DNA of 59,093 nucleotides from Octopus bimaculoides (taxonomy: Eukaryota): assembly GCF_001194135.2 (NCBI RefSeq), contig NC_068990.1:32074831-32133923 (forward strand), written 5' to 3'. This document shows, in pieces, positions 24,720 to 36,800 of this stretch. Both the position numbers and the translations under genes were made by a program. Position 1 is the stretch's first letter, and each line of letters opens with the position of its first letter. The notes below the pieces were generated by a model. The model worked only from the letters and a program-made list of their open reading frames with translations. It did no database searches and was not told the origin of the DNA.

Positions 24720-24903
24720 CAAATTTCGGTACAAGGCCAGCAGTCTTAGGGGCAGGCCTAAGTTGATTACATTGACCCCAGTGTCCAACTGGTGCTTATT
24801 TTATTGACCTCGAAAGGATGAAAAGCAAAGTTGACCTTGGTGGCATATGCTCTTGAGCATTTTCTCCAGTATGCTTATGATTCTGCCAGCTTGCTGTCTT
24901 TAT

Positions 24904-24951
<48 letters not shown>

Positions 24952-25385
24952 CCTTTTGCTGTAGGCACAAGGCCTGAAATTTTGGGGGAGGGGACTAGCT
25001 GATTACATCGACTCCAGTGTTTCCCTGGTACTTGATTTATCGACACCAAAAGAATGAAAGGCAAAGTCAACCTTCGCGGAATTTGAACTCAGAACATAAA
25101 GTGGAATAAAATGTTACCATTTTGTCTGGCATGCTAACAATTATGCCAGGCTGCCGCCTTAATAATAATAACCCTTTCTACAATAGCCACAAGGCCTGAA
25201 GCTTTTGGTGTAGGGGCTAGTCTATTATATCGACCCCAGTGTTTGACTGGTACTTTTTTTATCAACCCTGAAAGGATGAAAGGCAAAATTGACCTCAGCA
25301 GAATTTGAACTCAGAATGTAAAGAGAAAATGTTCCAAAGCATTTTGTCCACTATGCTAATGATTCTGCCAGCTTACTACCTTGAT
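24720..25385 (-). mobile_element. Three head-to-tail copies of tRNA-headed SINE family C, linked by (AAT)n
   Basis: Units at about 24720-24900, 24950-25160 and 25172-25385 share aaggatgaaaggcaaagtcaacct and the reverse complement of an A-box-like TGGCAGAATC; units 2 and 3 also carry the B-box-like GAGTTCAAATTC. Other family C pieces lie near 4025, 31020, 35136, 40165, 41208, 45060 and 49560. Confidence 0.85.
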
Positions 25386-26029
25386 AATAATAACAACAAC
25401 AACTTAGATTTCATTTGGTGAAATACAAAAAGATGACACCTATTATGCTCAGTGGAGATTTATGGAAACCTAACTGTGTGTTATATGATATTTCCTGCAT
25501 CTGAAGCATATGGTGCAATAATTTAAATATCCAGGTTGCTGTTAATGAGACTGTTGGTATTAATTAATGAGCAAAACTGGTCATTAGTTTTATCTTGGTA
25601 CTACACTTATCAAAACACACACCGGATTTTCTTTTTCTTAAATATGAAAGAAAAGAGAAATACAAAGAAAGAAAGGGAAAAAGAAAGAAAAGAAAAGAAA
25701 GAAAAGACAGAAGGTATAATAATCATAGAAATTAGAAAAGCTGTGTTGTGATGATGAGTCATTTCATGGCAACATGAAAATAAGACTGCAAATATTGTGA
25801 ATTCAGGGAAAAAACAACAGAACACACACGCACGCTTGCACACACATACACACACACAGAGCTGCTTTTATATATGTATATGTAACTTATGTGGATGATT
25901 GTGGGCATATGATTGTTCCTGCATGTACATGTCTTTTTAATCTGTTTGTTTATCTTTATATTAAACCGACTATATGTCTATCTTCCAAGCCATGCTTGCA
26001 TGTGTATGTATGTATGTATATACATACAT

Positions 26030-26480
26030 ACCCTGTTACAAGAAGAGAAGCCAGACATCAGGTGTATCTAGCAAGGAGAAAGGCCCAGAGACCAAAAAGT
26101 GTACCAATGACGACCAGAGGCATAAGTTATTCCAGATACCTAGGCAGTGTGTCTGAGAGAAAATTGAGACATCACAGGGGAAAGTATGTACAGAATGGTA
26201 ATACATCTCCAGTGCACGAAAGTGCTATTAAGTGAGATTGTTGAATGAGAAAAATGCATGAGAGGAAGAGGGTATAACCCATGTATACCCAATGAGAGAA
26301 TAACCATCCTAGTTGACAGCAGTATGATGGATGAAGCAGTTGAGGATAAGAAGGCAGGGAAAGCCTCTGGTTCATCAGGTATTACTGCTGAGATGCTTAA
26401 AATATCTGGCTGAGTAAGATTTATAATGTTCACCCACATAGTAAATCAAGTAGTACGAAAGAGTATCTTATTCAGTGGGG
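26030..26480 (+). mobile_element. Decayed RTE ORF fragment (region upstream of RT)
   Basis: RREARHQVYLARR.. and GKASGSSGITAEMLKISG, with frameshifts and stops. Confidence 0.75.
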
Positions 26481-26899
26481 GTAGACTAAAAAGGGGGAGA
26501 TGAGAAGATGATCAGTTGGTAGAGAAGTTGTGAGGGGAAAGGAAGACAGAGAGTGGGGGAGCTGTGGGTGAATGCAGCAAGGGTAGTGAGAGAAAGGGCT
26601 GGAGAGTACCACAGAGGTGAGAGAAGAGCAGAGGATGAATGAGAGAAAGTATCCCAGGCATTGAAGCTGTGATGAGAAGGCAGTGGGTAAGAGAGGCAGG
26701 AGGTTGCAGTTGGTGAAAGCAGTGAGAGCAGAGAAAAAGAGAGACCTGAAGGAAGAGGAGAGTAACATAGAGGTGTGTGTGGAGAGCAGAAGATGAAATC
26801 TATGAGAGTATCTTATGCAAGGAGGCTGTGGAGAGAGAATAGTGAAGGAGAGAGAGCACTGAATGAATACAGCACAAGCATCCCAACCATCAACACTCT

Positions 26900-27850
26900 C
26901 CTTGTTAGCATTCTCTCTGCCATACTTGCCAAAAAGAGCAGTTTTTCACAAGTACAGCATGTCACCAATTGTGGTAGTCACTTCTTACTTGTGAGGTTCA
27001 ACATCTTGAGATCAGTTTTCATCACTTCCTCCCATGTCTTTCTGAAGTCTTCCTCTTGCATAGGCACCATCCACTTCAAGCACTCAGCATGTTAATATAC
27101 ATCCGTCATCATGCATATGCAAGCTACATCTGATACCTCTAACACAAAGTTTTTCTCACAGCTCATCTGTACCATGTCAGTCATGCATGCTGACATTACA
27201 CATTTAGTGAAGCATTCTTGATTCATTTATGTCTAATGTTCACAAATTTTTTGCATTCACAGCCCAGGTATCACTACCATGTAGCACCTCACTTCACATA
27301 CAAGCGTCATACAATCTGCCCTGTACTCTGAGTGAAAGGCTCTTTGTTACCAACAGAGGTTGTAACTCCTTGAATATTTTCCACCATGTTCTTGCTCTGA
27401 TTACTATGCTTTCAGGGCCCACAAACCCACTGCCAATTAGATTACTTTGCTAACAAAAACTATTGACTATTTCTAGAGAGCCTTCTAAGCTGCACTCTGT
27501 GCTTAATGCTCCAGCACATTTGGCACATACGAAGATTACCTTTCCTATTAGCCAGTCTGTGGTCTCACTACACCTCCTGTGTATCCATTGTTTACTCTGG
27601 CACACTTTAGGAAGTTTCTTTCAACATCTTTTATGCATATTTATTTTCTTGTTTTCTTTTCTTAGCATAAATTTAGTCTTGGTTAAGTTTACTTTAAGGC
27701 CCTTCAATTCCAGGTTTTGCTTCCATATCACCAATTTATTCACCAAATCTTCCACATATACTACTATAAGAACAAGATCATCAGGATACAATTTAAGACC
27801 ATCCGTTATAGCCTGGGGAACAATAAACATGAGAGAGTGAGTACTAAACC
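26900..27850 (-). mobile_element. Decayed RTE reverse transcriptase C-terminal fragment
   Basis: LYPDDLVL (YADD-like), LKVNLTKTKFM, WIHRRCS, LLVTKSLSLRVQGRLYDAC, LHGSDTWAV; many stops. Confidence 0.82.
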
Positions 27851-29789
27851 CTGATAGATACTTACATACATGCTAAATTGAGTACTGATCTCATTGATAA
27901 TTCTCTCCTTGCAGACAATTAAGTTGCTTAGTTGAAGACTTCTTTACTTCATAATTCTAATACTTTGGCTTACATACTGAATTATAAATCTGCTGTTCAT
28001 AAAGGAAATGGTAAGGCAACCAGTAGACAATTAGCTTTGAATCTAGTTATATCTGAAGTGCCTTAGCTATTGAGTTAGTCTTCTGTAGTACTAAATGTTC
28101 AAATGTTAAACATATTTTCATATTTCAAAAGGATCACATTAATCCCAGAACCAAAGACTTCCTCTTTCTCTTTCTCAGAAATTAAGTTGACATTTAATAT
28201 TGTAAACCAACTAATTAATGTCATCTATTGTAAAGCAAAAAGCTTCTACTCAACTGTTTCAAATCTTTTACATAAAACCATACTTAATAATGTAGGTAGC
28301 AGAATGGCAGAAGTGAAAAACATCCATTAAGCTAACCAAAATCCCCATATATCAAAATTAGAAAGCCTCCAAAATTGAATAGAACAATGAAATTTAAATT
28401 GCTCTTTATTATTAGTATTTCAACTGTTATGGAGTATATATTTCAGAACCCATCCCAAAGATATATTTATATCAATTTCTAATTAAATCATTTAAGAATA
28501 AGTACACATATATGTGCAAAAGTGTATGGATTTATGAGTACAAAAGAATTCACACCACATTTTTTTTCTTTTAAAAAAACAGACTTTATTTTCATAAGGT
28601 GAAATGAGTATAATCAATATGATATATTACTGGTATCAATCTTGATCGGATGAAACAAAAATGAGTCGAAAATGATTTGAACTTCAAAAAGGGAAACATT
28701 GAATTAAATATTGTGAAGGACCTGCTTCATGTTCTTATCTTTTTGGGGAACAATGTTGGAAGGGAGTTAACTTTTAATCAGATTTTGGCATAACAAAGGA
28801 TAAAGTTATTTATTTTTCTCACAGTAAATCTATTTAATTGCTTATTCATGATGATATTTATTAACAAAGTAATCAGCTCTGTTGACCTCTGTGTTATATT
28901 CATGTACATTAGCAGAATAAGTGAAGTGAAAGAGCAACAACACAGACTCAAAACTCTTCTACAGAATACTTCCTTTAAATCAGTAAGCTTATCATTGTTG
29001 TATATTTGGCTGCAATGAATGTTTTATCAGAACATCACACATCATTGTAACTAAATTGACATTAGGGTAAGCTCACATTTAAAAACATTCTTCTAGAAAC
29101 TGGTTGGCCCATATTTTTTATGAAGTCAATAAATTTCTCCAGAATTAGAGAGAAAAGGCTTAACCATTTTAAGTATTGGAAAATGAATAAAACTTCAAAG
29201 ATTGCTTAAATTTAATTTAATAACCAAATAATTTTTAGGACCTATCTTTTAATTTTTCAATTACTGATAAGCTTAATCCCTATATCTATAAACACATAAG
29301 ATGCACATGGAGATAAGACATGCCATCTTTCTCTAGAATATATTTCATGGTAGGGGAAATTTATTTTCCAACAATATTTATTGAAAGGAATAAAAATAAA
29401 TCTAAATTTTGGACCATGCTATTTAGTTGATGTTACTTTAGTCTATGATCACAAGTCATAATAAAGCAGAGTATCACATAATGTGAAATTCCGAACATCT
29501 TTTAATAAGCATTAAAGAGCATTTAGTGATGACATGTAAGAAATAATATATTTAGCCAATGTAACATATATCAAATTATCAAAGTTGAAAAAGATACTGG
29601 CCCATCAAAGAGATGAGGGTTTGTATTGCATAAGCAACAAAGGCACTTAACTCTCAATGATTCAGTCCGCTTAGCTGTAAATTATATCATAGGAATTAAT
29701 CGCTGCAGTAACTTTATAATTGAAGAGTGTTCAGTTGGCTGACCATGCAAAGCTCAAATTCTCTTCTTGAAAGCAATGAAAAACTTCTC

Positions 29790-29952
29790 CTCATATATTT
29801 TCTTGCATCACTATATGAAAAAGACTTCAGTGAACCAGTGAGAAACTACTTATTTAAAGTTTTACAGTGAAGCAGACATTGACAGGGAGACATTCGAGGA
29901 TGAAAACATCGTAAAAATTTTTGCTGAGACTCAGAAAATGAGACAGAATTAA
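29790..29952 (+). mobile_element. Possible hAT transposase dimerisation-domain relic
   Basis: YEKDFSEPVRNYL and IDRETFEDENIVKIFAETQK loosely match ERSFS...KNYL and IE.......II..FA..K, with a frameshift. Confidence 0.3.
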
Positions 29953-30071
29953 GAGAACTTAAAAGAGACAATGTAGCTGCTTATTTTGTTTAGGATAGTC
30001 ACATTTTTGTCTTTAAATTCTTTGAAGTCTGAATATCCTCCATAAAAAAAAAAAATTTAAAAAAAAACTGA

Positions 30072-30234
30072 GGCGGGAGTGGCTGTGTGGTAAGTAGCTT
30101 GCTTACCAACCACATGGTTCTGGGTTCAGTCCCACTGCGTGGCACCTTGGGCAAGTGTCTTCTACTATAGCCTCGGGCCGACCAAAGCCTTGTGAGTGGA
30201 TTTGGTAGACGAAAACTGAAAGAAGCCCGTCGTA

Positions 30235-30277
<43 letters not shown>

Positions 30278-30487
30278 ATATGTCTGTGTTTGTCCCCCCA
30301 ACATCGCTTGACAACCAATGCTGGTGTGTTTATGTCCCCGTAACTTAGCGGTTCGGCAAAAGAGACCGATAGAATAAGTACTAGGCTTCCAAAAGAATAA
30401 GTCCTGGGGTCAATTTGATCGACTATAGGCAGTGCTCCAGCATGGCCGCAGTCAAATGACTGAAACAAGTAAAAGAGTAAAAGAGTA
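30072..30487 (+). mobile_element. SINE family A, about 250 bp past the AFG1L stop (antisense to the gene)
   Basis: Full-length copy. Confidence 0.88.
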
Positions 30488-30741
30488 TTAAAAGAAACCT
30501 CCATTTGGCAATTTGTTTTAATTTTGACATTGAAATAATTTTCCCCTGAGATGAATCCACTGAATAGCTGAAGCAAAATTTAATTTTATAGACACTATTA
30601 AATATTCCAGATAAATAATTTTTAAATATGTTAAATTTCCGTTGTATAAGAATTTAAACAAAGATAGTTTTTCCATATTTTTACAATATATTTCAATACT
30701 ATTACGTTTCTATATAAAAATCCTCCTAAATTCAGTTATCA

Positions 30742-30873
30742 TTACGTTGGTTGTTTTGGTTTGATTCTCCAATATTCTTCTGTCATCATCTCACTTAGTC
30801 TTGACTTTGTTCGACTAAAAGCAAAAAGTTCTTCTTCTCCAGTAAATATACTAGACTGAGCCAAATCACTGTG
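30742..30873 (-). CDS. AFG1L: AFG1L exon 13, terminal ([43 protein letters not shown])
   Basis: tatttatgcag|; stop TAA at 30744-30742; FTGEEE.FAF.RT.SRL.EM motif. Confidence 0.95.
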   Translation of the reverse strand, partial: HSDLAQSSIFTGEEELFAFSRTKSRLSEMMTEEYWRIKPKQPT

Positions 30874-33800
30874 CTGCATAAATACAAAAATAAATAAATA
30901 TTGCTTAGATAGACGTGCAGTTTCAGAGATTTATAAGAAAAAATAATGGGATGTTATGATATTCCTCATTGTCCATAAAATATTATCAACACAAATAACA
31001 AAATTATTTTTCATTGAAGGCCTGTAGCCAATGGTAATTATTTTATCCAACTTGGGGAAATGAAAGGCAAAGTTCACCAAGCAGAACTTCAGCATAAAAT
31101 ATAGTAGTGTGAAAATGTTAGCATTAAAACAGTGTGAACTGTAAACATTGTATATCATGGATACTGTATATTGCAAACATGTTATTGATATGTTAATGTT
31201 GGCATATGCTTTCTGTGTTTGCACATGACTAGGTATATAGATATTGTAAGTTTCCTAAGCTTGGTCAAGGTGACCAAAATAGTGAAAAGGAATTGATACA
31301 AATGGGATTCATTGAAGGTATTATCATACATTCCAAAAACCAAAAATTTTGGAACAGCTGCAGTTGGGAAATGAAGAGGTATATATTGGTGGTGACTATA
31401 AGGTAAATATTAGTCACAAGATTTGTTCAGACTTTTATCCAATCCCACATGTTGAATCTACCTTTTGCTGTTAGCTTGGATGAAATTTTGGATGAAAAGG
31501 TACTTATGTACTCTTCTGAATTAAACATCTTCCTTTACAGTGAATTCCACTAGTCAGTATTGGAAAGATAAAATGTATTGGTCAGCCTAACAAGAACATA
31601 CAATGTATTCATAAATCTAGCAAGGCTACATAATATACTCTTCCTATAAGGAAAATGTATTATAGGAAAGTCATTACAGCAAGCCTATATTATTGTGGCC
31701 AAAAAGAAAACAGATTACCTTTGCACATTAGAAATTATAAAACAGATAACAACTGAAAATAAAATAAAATTTTCTATGTATGAGCTGTTATATAGGCAGT
31801 GAGAAAATAGGAAGTTGTGATGTTAATACTTTTCTTCATGATGAATACTAATGAGAGTTGCAGCTGGATTAACTATCCAAGAAAGAACTGTCTGTATCCA
31901 ACTAAGCTAAATCTCTGACAAAAAGTACCTCACTATTCACAGTCCATTTCACATAACTTTAAATAGATTAGCTTACAATATTGAGTTAAAATCTCACCAG
32001 GGTTGATTTTTGCCTACAATTAGCAATAATTCCAGAGTGATATTAATCTAATGTTTAGTTTAAAGATGAGAGCATATGGTTCAAGGAAGAGTGGCTGTTA
32101 ACTCTTGCAGTTCAAGTGATAGCATGGTAGCTTCCTTGTCATATACCAAGGTCAACTCAATCAACTATAACTCTTTCCTACAAACGTGTGGCCTTATATC
32201 ATTAGAATCATTTGTTATATTCTAAGAAATAGATGGATATAAAGATGTCTTTCAAATTTGTAATCAAAACTTTCAGAAAAGTGATGTTCTTATCAATTGT
32301 TGGCCTCACTGATTGAGAAAACATGTAATAGGAAGATAATGCCTGTTACAGAGATTATAGGTGAATTGGTACTGAAAAGCCAGAGTTTACCCATCTTCTC
32401 TGTGTTTCCTCTGTTAGTCTTTTAGTTCCTTACAAAGTGGAAGAAGCCTTCATCATCATCATCATCGTTTAACGTCCGCTTTCCATGCTAGCATGGGTTG
32501 GACGATTTGACTGAGGACTGGTGAAACCAGATGGCAACACCTGGCTCCAATCTGATTTGGCAGAGTTTCTACAGCTGGATGCCCTTCCTAACGCCAACCA
32601 CTCAGAGAGTGTAGTGGGTGCTTTTACTTGTCACCCGCACGAAGGCCAGTCAGGCGGTGAAAAATTAAATACTGATTATACAAAGAAGTACAAAGATTTC
32701 TCCAAGAAGTCTTTGTGTTTCTTCAGAATTGTTCTCCATCACATGAGCTACTGACATTTTTCAAAATTCAAGACATACTCACCGAATGAATCCCTAGATC
32801 ATCCATCAACATACTGTGATCTTGTTGGCATTTCACATTGAATTCTCCAATATAAAATATCAGGGATAGTTTCACTTCAGCTGCTATGATCAACTTCACC
32901 TGAAATTGTAGAAACAAAACAAAAAAGAATGTTTAATGCTGTAAGTTTGACACTTGTTACTAGTCATTCCCAACTTCAAGGAATAATGTTCAGATGTGAT
33001 AAGCATAAGGCTAATTTCTTCAGAAGGTTGCACAATTTATTCAATCAAAACCTGTGCATTACTAGCATTAATCACACCTTAACTTTCATCCCCTTACCCA
33101 ATCACTTCTCCTAACAACTCTTAAATTGTGCCCTCTTCTGTCTGTACCGCAATTTATACAGATCTTCTCAGCTTTCTTACTGCATTATAATCTCAAGTAA
33201 ACCACTTCTCTCTCATCTTCGTGGCACCACCACTCTCTCTCATTTCCAATACTTTAAACTAAACCCTTCCCCCAGTTATTTTTTAATTCCAAGCTATATC
33301 TCCCCAGAATTTGTTTCTTAACCACATTTTTCTCACAACTTTGTATCAATTCAATGACAACATCAATAACATTAATGTAAACCATATGGTTCTGAGTTCA
33401 ACCCCACTCAGAGACACCTTGGACAGGTGTTTTCAAATGTAGCCACAGGTTCATCAATTCCTTGTGAGAGGAATCTGAAAGACAGGAACTGTGTAGAAGC
33501 TTAAAGTACATAGCATTATCATTTTATACTTGATTTTCATTCTGGTATTTGATTGGCCAGAATGTAATCATTTGAGTTAGTTGTTATTCAAGGTTACTGC
33601 ACTCCTACATGAGCCACATGACCACAACTCACTTATTTGTTTCAATTTTTAGTGCAGTTTCCATAGCCAGATGTTTTTCCTAACACCAATTACTTTACAG
33701 TGTATTGAATGCATTTTATCATTGAATCAGCACTAGATAGGCTGTCCCATTGCTTGGAAAGGCTAAAGAGACCAACTCTCCTCTTTATTGTTCCTCATCA

Positions 33801-36800
33801 TTTACCAGAGTATATTTTATGTAGCACCAGCAACTAGGGAGATTGTCTTCATTTATTCAAGGCAAACATGACTGAAAGGTGAACAGAAGAGAGAGTATGA
33901 GTATGAATGATGGTGGTGGTCTGTTAACGATAGCAGAAGTATCAGTGGATGTATCAAGAAAGACAATTTCATTGGTATGGATATGTACTGGAAATAAATG
34001 ATCAAGTTAGGTAAAAAAAAGTTATTGTTCAGCCGTGGGTCAGCTTCATTGAGCAAACTTATAATCGGAGATATCTCAGATTGGAGCAGTTTGCTTTTAA
34101 GATCACTTTGTCTAAAGTACACCTTCCCTCTTAAGATAATAGGGTGGGATTTGAATAGCATTCAGGCTCCTTGTTGACTTGTGTAAAAAAAATTTTTGGT
34201 GTTGATTGTAGGGTTCTTTGGCCTACTTCTACTTGTGGTAGAAGGCTTTTAAAGAAGTATGTATTATAAAATTGAGAGTGCTGTATCTCTTAGATGAAAC
34301 AGGCAAGATGCATGAAAAATTGGCATGTGACAGACATGTTTAACATATTGTAGTAGGAGAAAGTAAATGTTAAATCCACAAAGAGAATGATTATGTTTAG
34401 ATTCAACAAATATCTATTATAAAGAAGAAAAAGAAGTTAACTTACTTGGTTATCATATAACGTATCTATTAAGGTGACAAATCGCCGTGCTGCTGTCCTG
34501 TTGTTCAAGGACATGGCTGGAACATTACGCAAAATAATAACATCAAAATGTCGACATATCTCTAAGTAATCTATGGCGCCAAGAGCCTGAAACAACAATG
34601 GTATATTGATAAGAAAACAATTATTTTTTGACATTTATGCTTGTCTTAAGGAGGAAATTAAAATGAAAGAGCTAGAATCTGCTCAGAGATTCACTTAAAT
34701 GCCAACTAACCCTTTATTTAATGTTGCTCTTTATCAGGATACTTTCCTTTCATTAGTCACTGAGTCTTGTATTTTAAAGGAAGCAGAAACCAATCATTAT
34801 AATATTCATGCTTTTACCAGGGACATGAGCAGTGTTAGTAAAATAAAATATCTTCAATTGAAATTCTGTTGCCACATTCATCATCATCATCATTTAACAT
34901 CCGTTGTCCATGCTGGCATGGGTTGGATGGTTTGACCAGGGCTGGTAAGCTGAGAGGCTGCATCAGACTCCAGTCTGATTTGGCATGATTTCTACAGCTG
35001 GATGCCCTTCCTAACACCAACCACTCCAAGAGTAATGGGTGCTTTTACCTGCCACCAGCATGGGTACCAGTTACGTGACACAGACATCAGCCACATTGCC
35101 TCTGTGTGGGCCAACGCTCGAATGATGCTTTTCGGGGTTGATAAATTATGTACCAGTTGCATATTGGGGTCGATCTAATTGACTGGAACCCCTCCCCCAT
35201 AATTTTGGGCTTTGTGCCTAGAGTAGAAAAGTATACAGTTACCATTCACAAATAACAATACATTCTTCAGAATCACAACTAAACCCACACAACATGTAAT
35301 TTACACAAAATCCATCCAAAAAAATAACAACACATTAATTACTATCTGACATTTTTAACACCAACAAATTACACAATTTGCATTCTACACAAATGTCAAA
35401 CAATACAGTATACTCTACATAATCACTGTCAGAAATCAAAGCACTTAGCACAATACAAAATGCAGTCAACCCCCAACATGATAATGCAACTCACATAGCA
35501 CATTTCACAATAAACACTAAAATAATATCAGAAACAACAAAACAAAGCTGATTGATATAGCATCTAAACACATTTCTCGCGAAACAATCCTATGTACATC
35601 TCAGGACAAGGGTGGACATTCAGAATGTAATGCTTACTTCACAACACATTGCTTTAAAGGAAGTGTCCAACAGCCGTCCACATGTGACAGGTAAATGGAG
35701 ATTTCTTCCTAATATTTTGAGATTACGAGGTTCCACATCTGGAAATAAAATACAAAGGGAAATTTCTTTTAAATTTTAATGAAATGAATTTATTTAAAAC
35801 ATAATTTAACACATCATATCAATCATTATTTTGAACTAGTATCCTGTTCTTGATTATTATAAACACAATGTTTTTACTGCTATACTCTCTGGCTTTTTTT
35901 AGGTACCTGTTGTATTCAATAATATTCTCAGAATTTAGAACTAAAACTTTTATTAAACCTATGGGGGAAGACTGTTCTTATTCCATTGTTCATATCAAGG
36001 ATATTCACCATATTAATTATTTCAGTACTTGTGAACATCATCATCATTTTACATAAACTTTTTGTGCTGTCATAGGTTGTATGGTTCAATAAGATCCAGT
36101 AGGTGGGAGGACCAAATCTTACTCCTGTATCTCAATTTTTAGTAGGTTCTACAGCTAGCTGCCCTTCTTAACATCAACCATTTTGCAGTGTACACTGAGT
36201 GCAGTTTATCATAGCACCAGCACTAGTGAGGTTGTCAGGCCCTTAGTAAGACTGAAAGAGTCCTCTCAAACCCTGCATTGTCTCTACTCCATTCACAAAC
36301 CTCTTTATATTATGTACTTGGTTTTTTTTTTTTTTTTTTTTTTACAAACGGAATGAGAACAATTAATCTGTGAGATTTAATAAAGTGTTTGACTTCAAAC
36401 TTCAAGAACAATACTGAATATGACAGGCAACACCTGAAGAAAGCTTGTAGTACATTGGCTGAAACATTGTGATTATAAAAACGAAGATGAGAACAATAAT
36501 GATTCCTCACCTCAGAAATTCAGACAAATCATATCAAATGTTAATTTAGCAGATTGTATTAAATTATAAAGAAAATGATCATAATAAACTAGTTTCAAAT
36601 TATAGAAAATTAAAAGATTGTTTGTAGAGATTACATGTATAATTAATAATATATCAGTTTAGCTTTATTTCCTGTATACCAACAGCAGAAATCTTCCAAG
36701 TTTGTAAGTGTTTAATAACTCAAAACTAATTTAATAGTAGTACATGGTTTGTGAGTAAAAGTTTAAAAATACATTAAGGCAGTGAAAGATTAACAAAAAG

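Noticed and set aside
24720-25385. CRISPR-like repeat-spacer appearance
   Set aside because: Units are about 200-bp SINE copies with microsatellite linkers; eukaryotic context and no cas genes.
26486-26880. Purine-rich tract giving Ser/Leu/Pro-rich ORFs
   Set aside because: Low complexity and continuous with the 3' side of the decayed minus-strand RTE.
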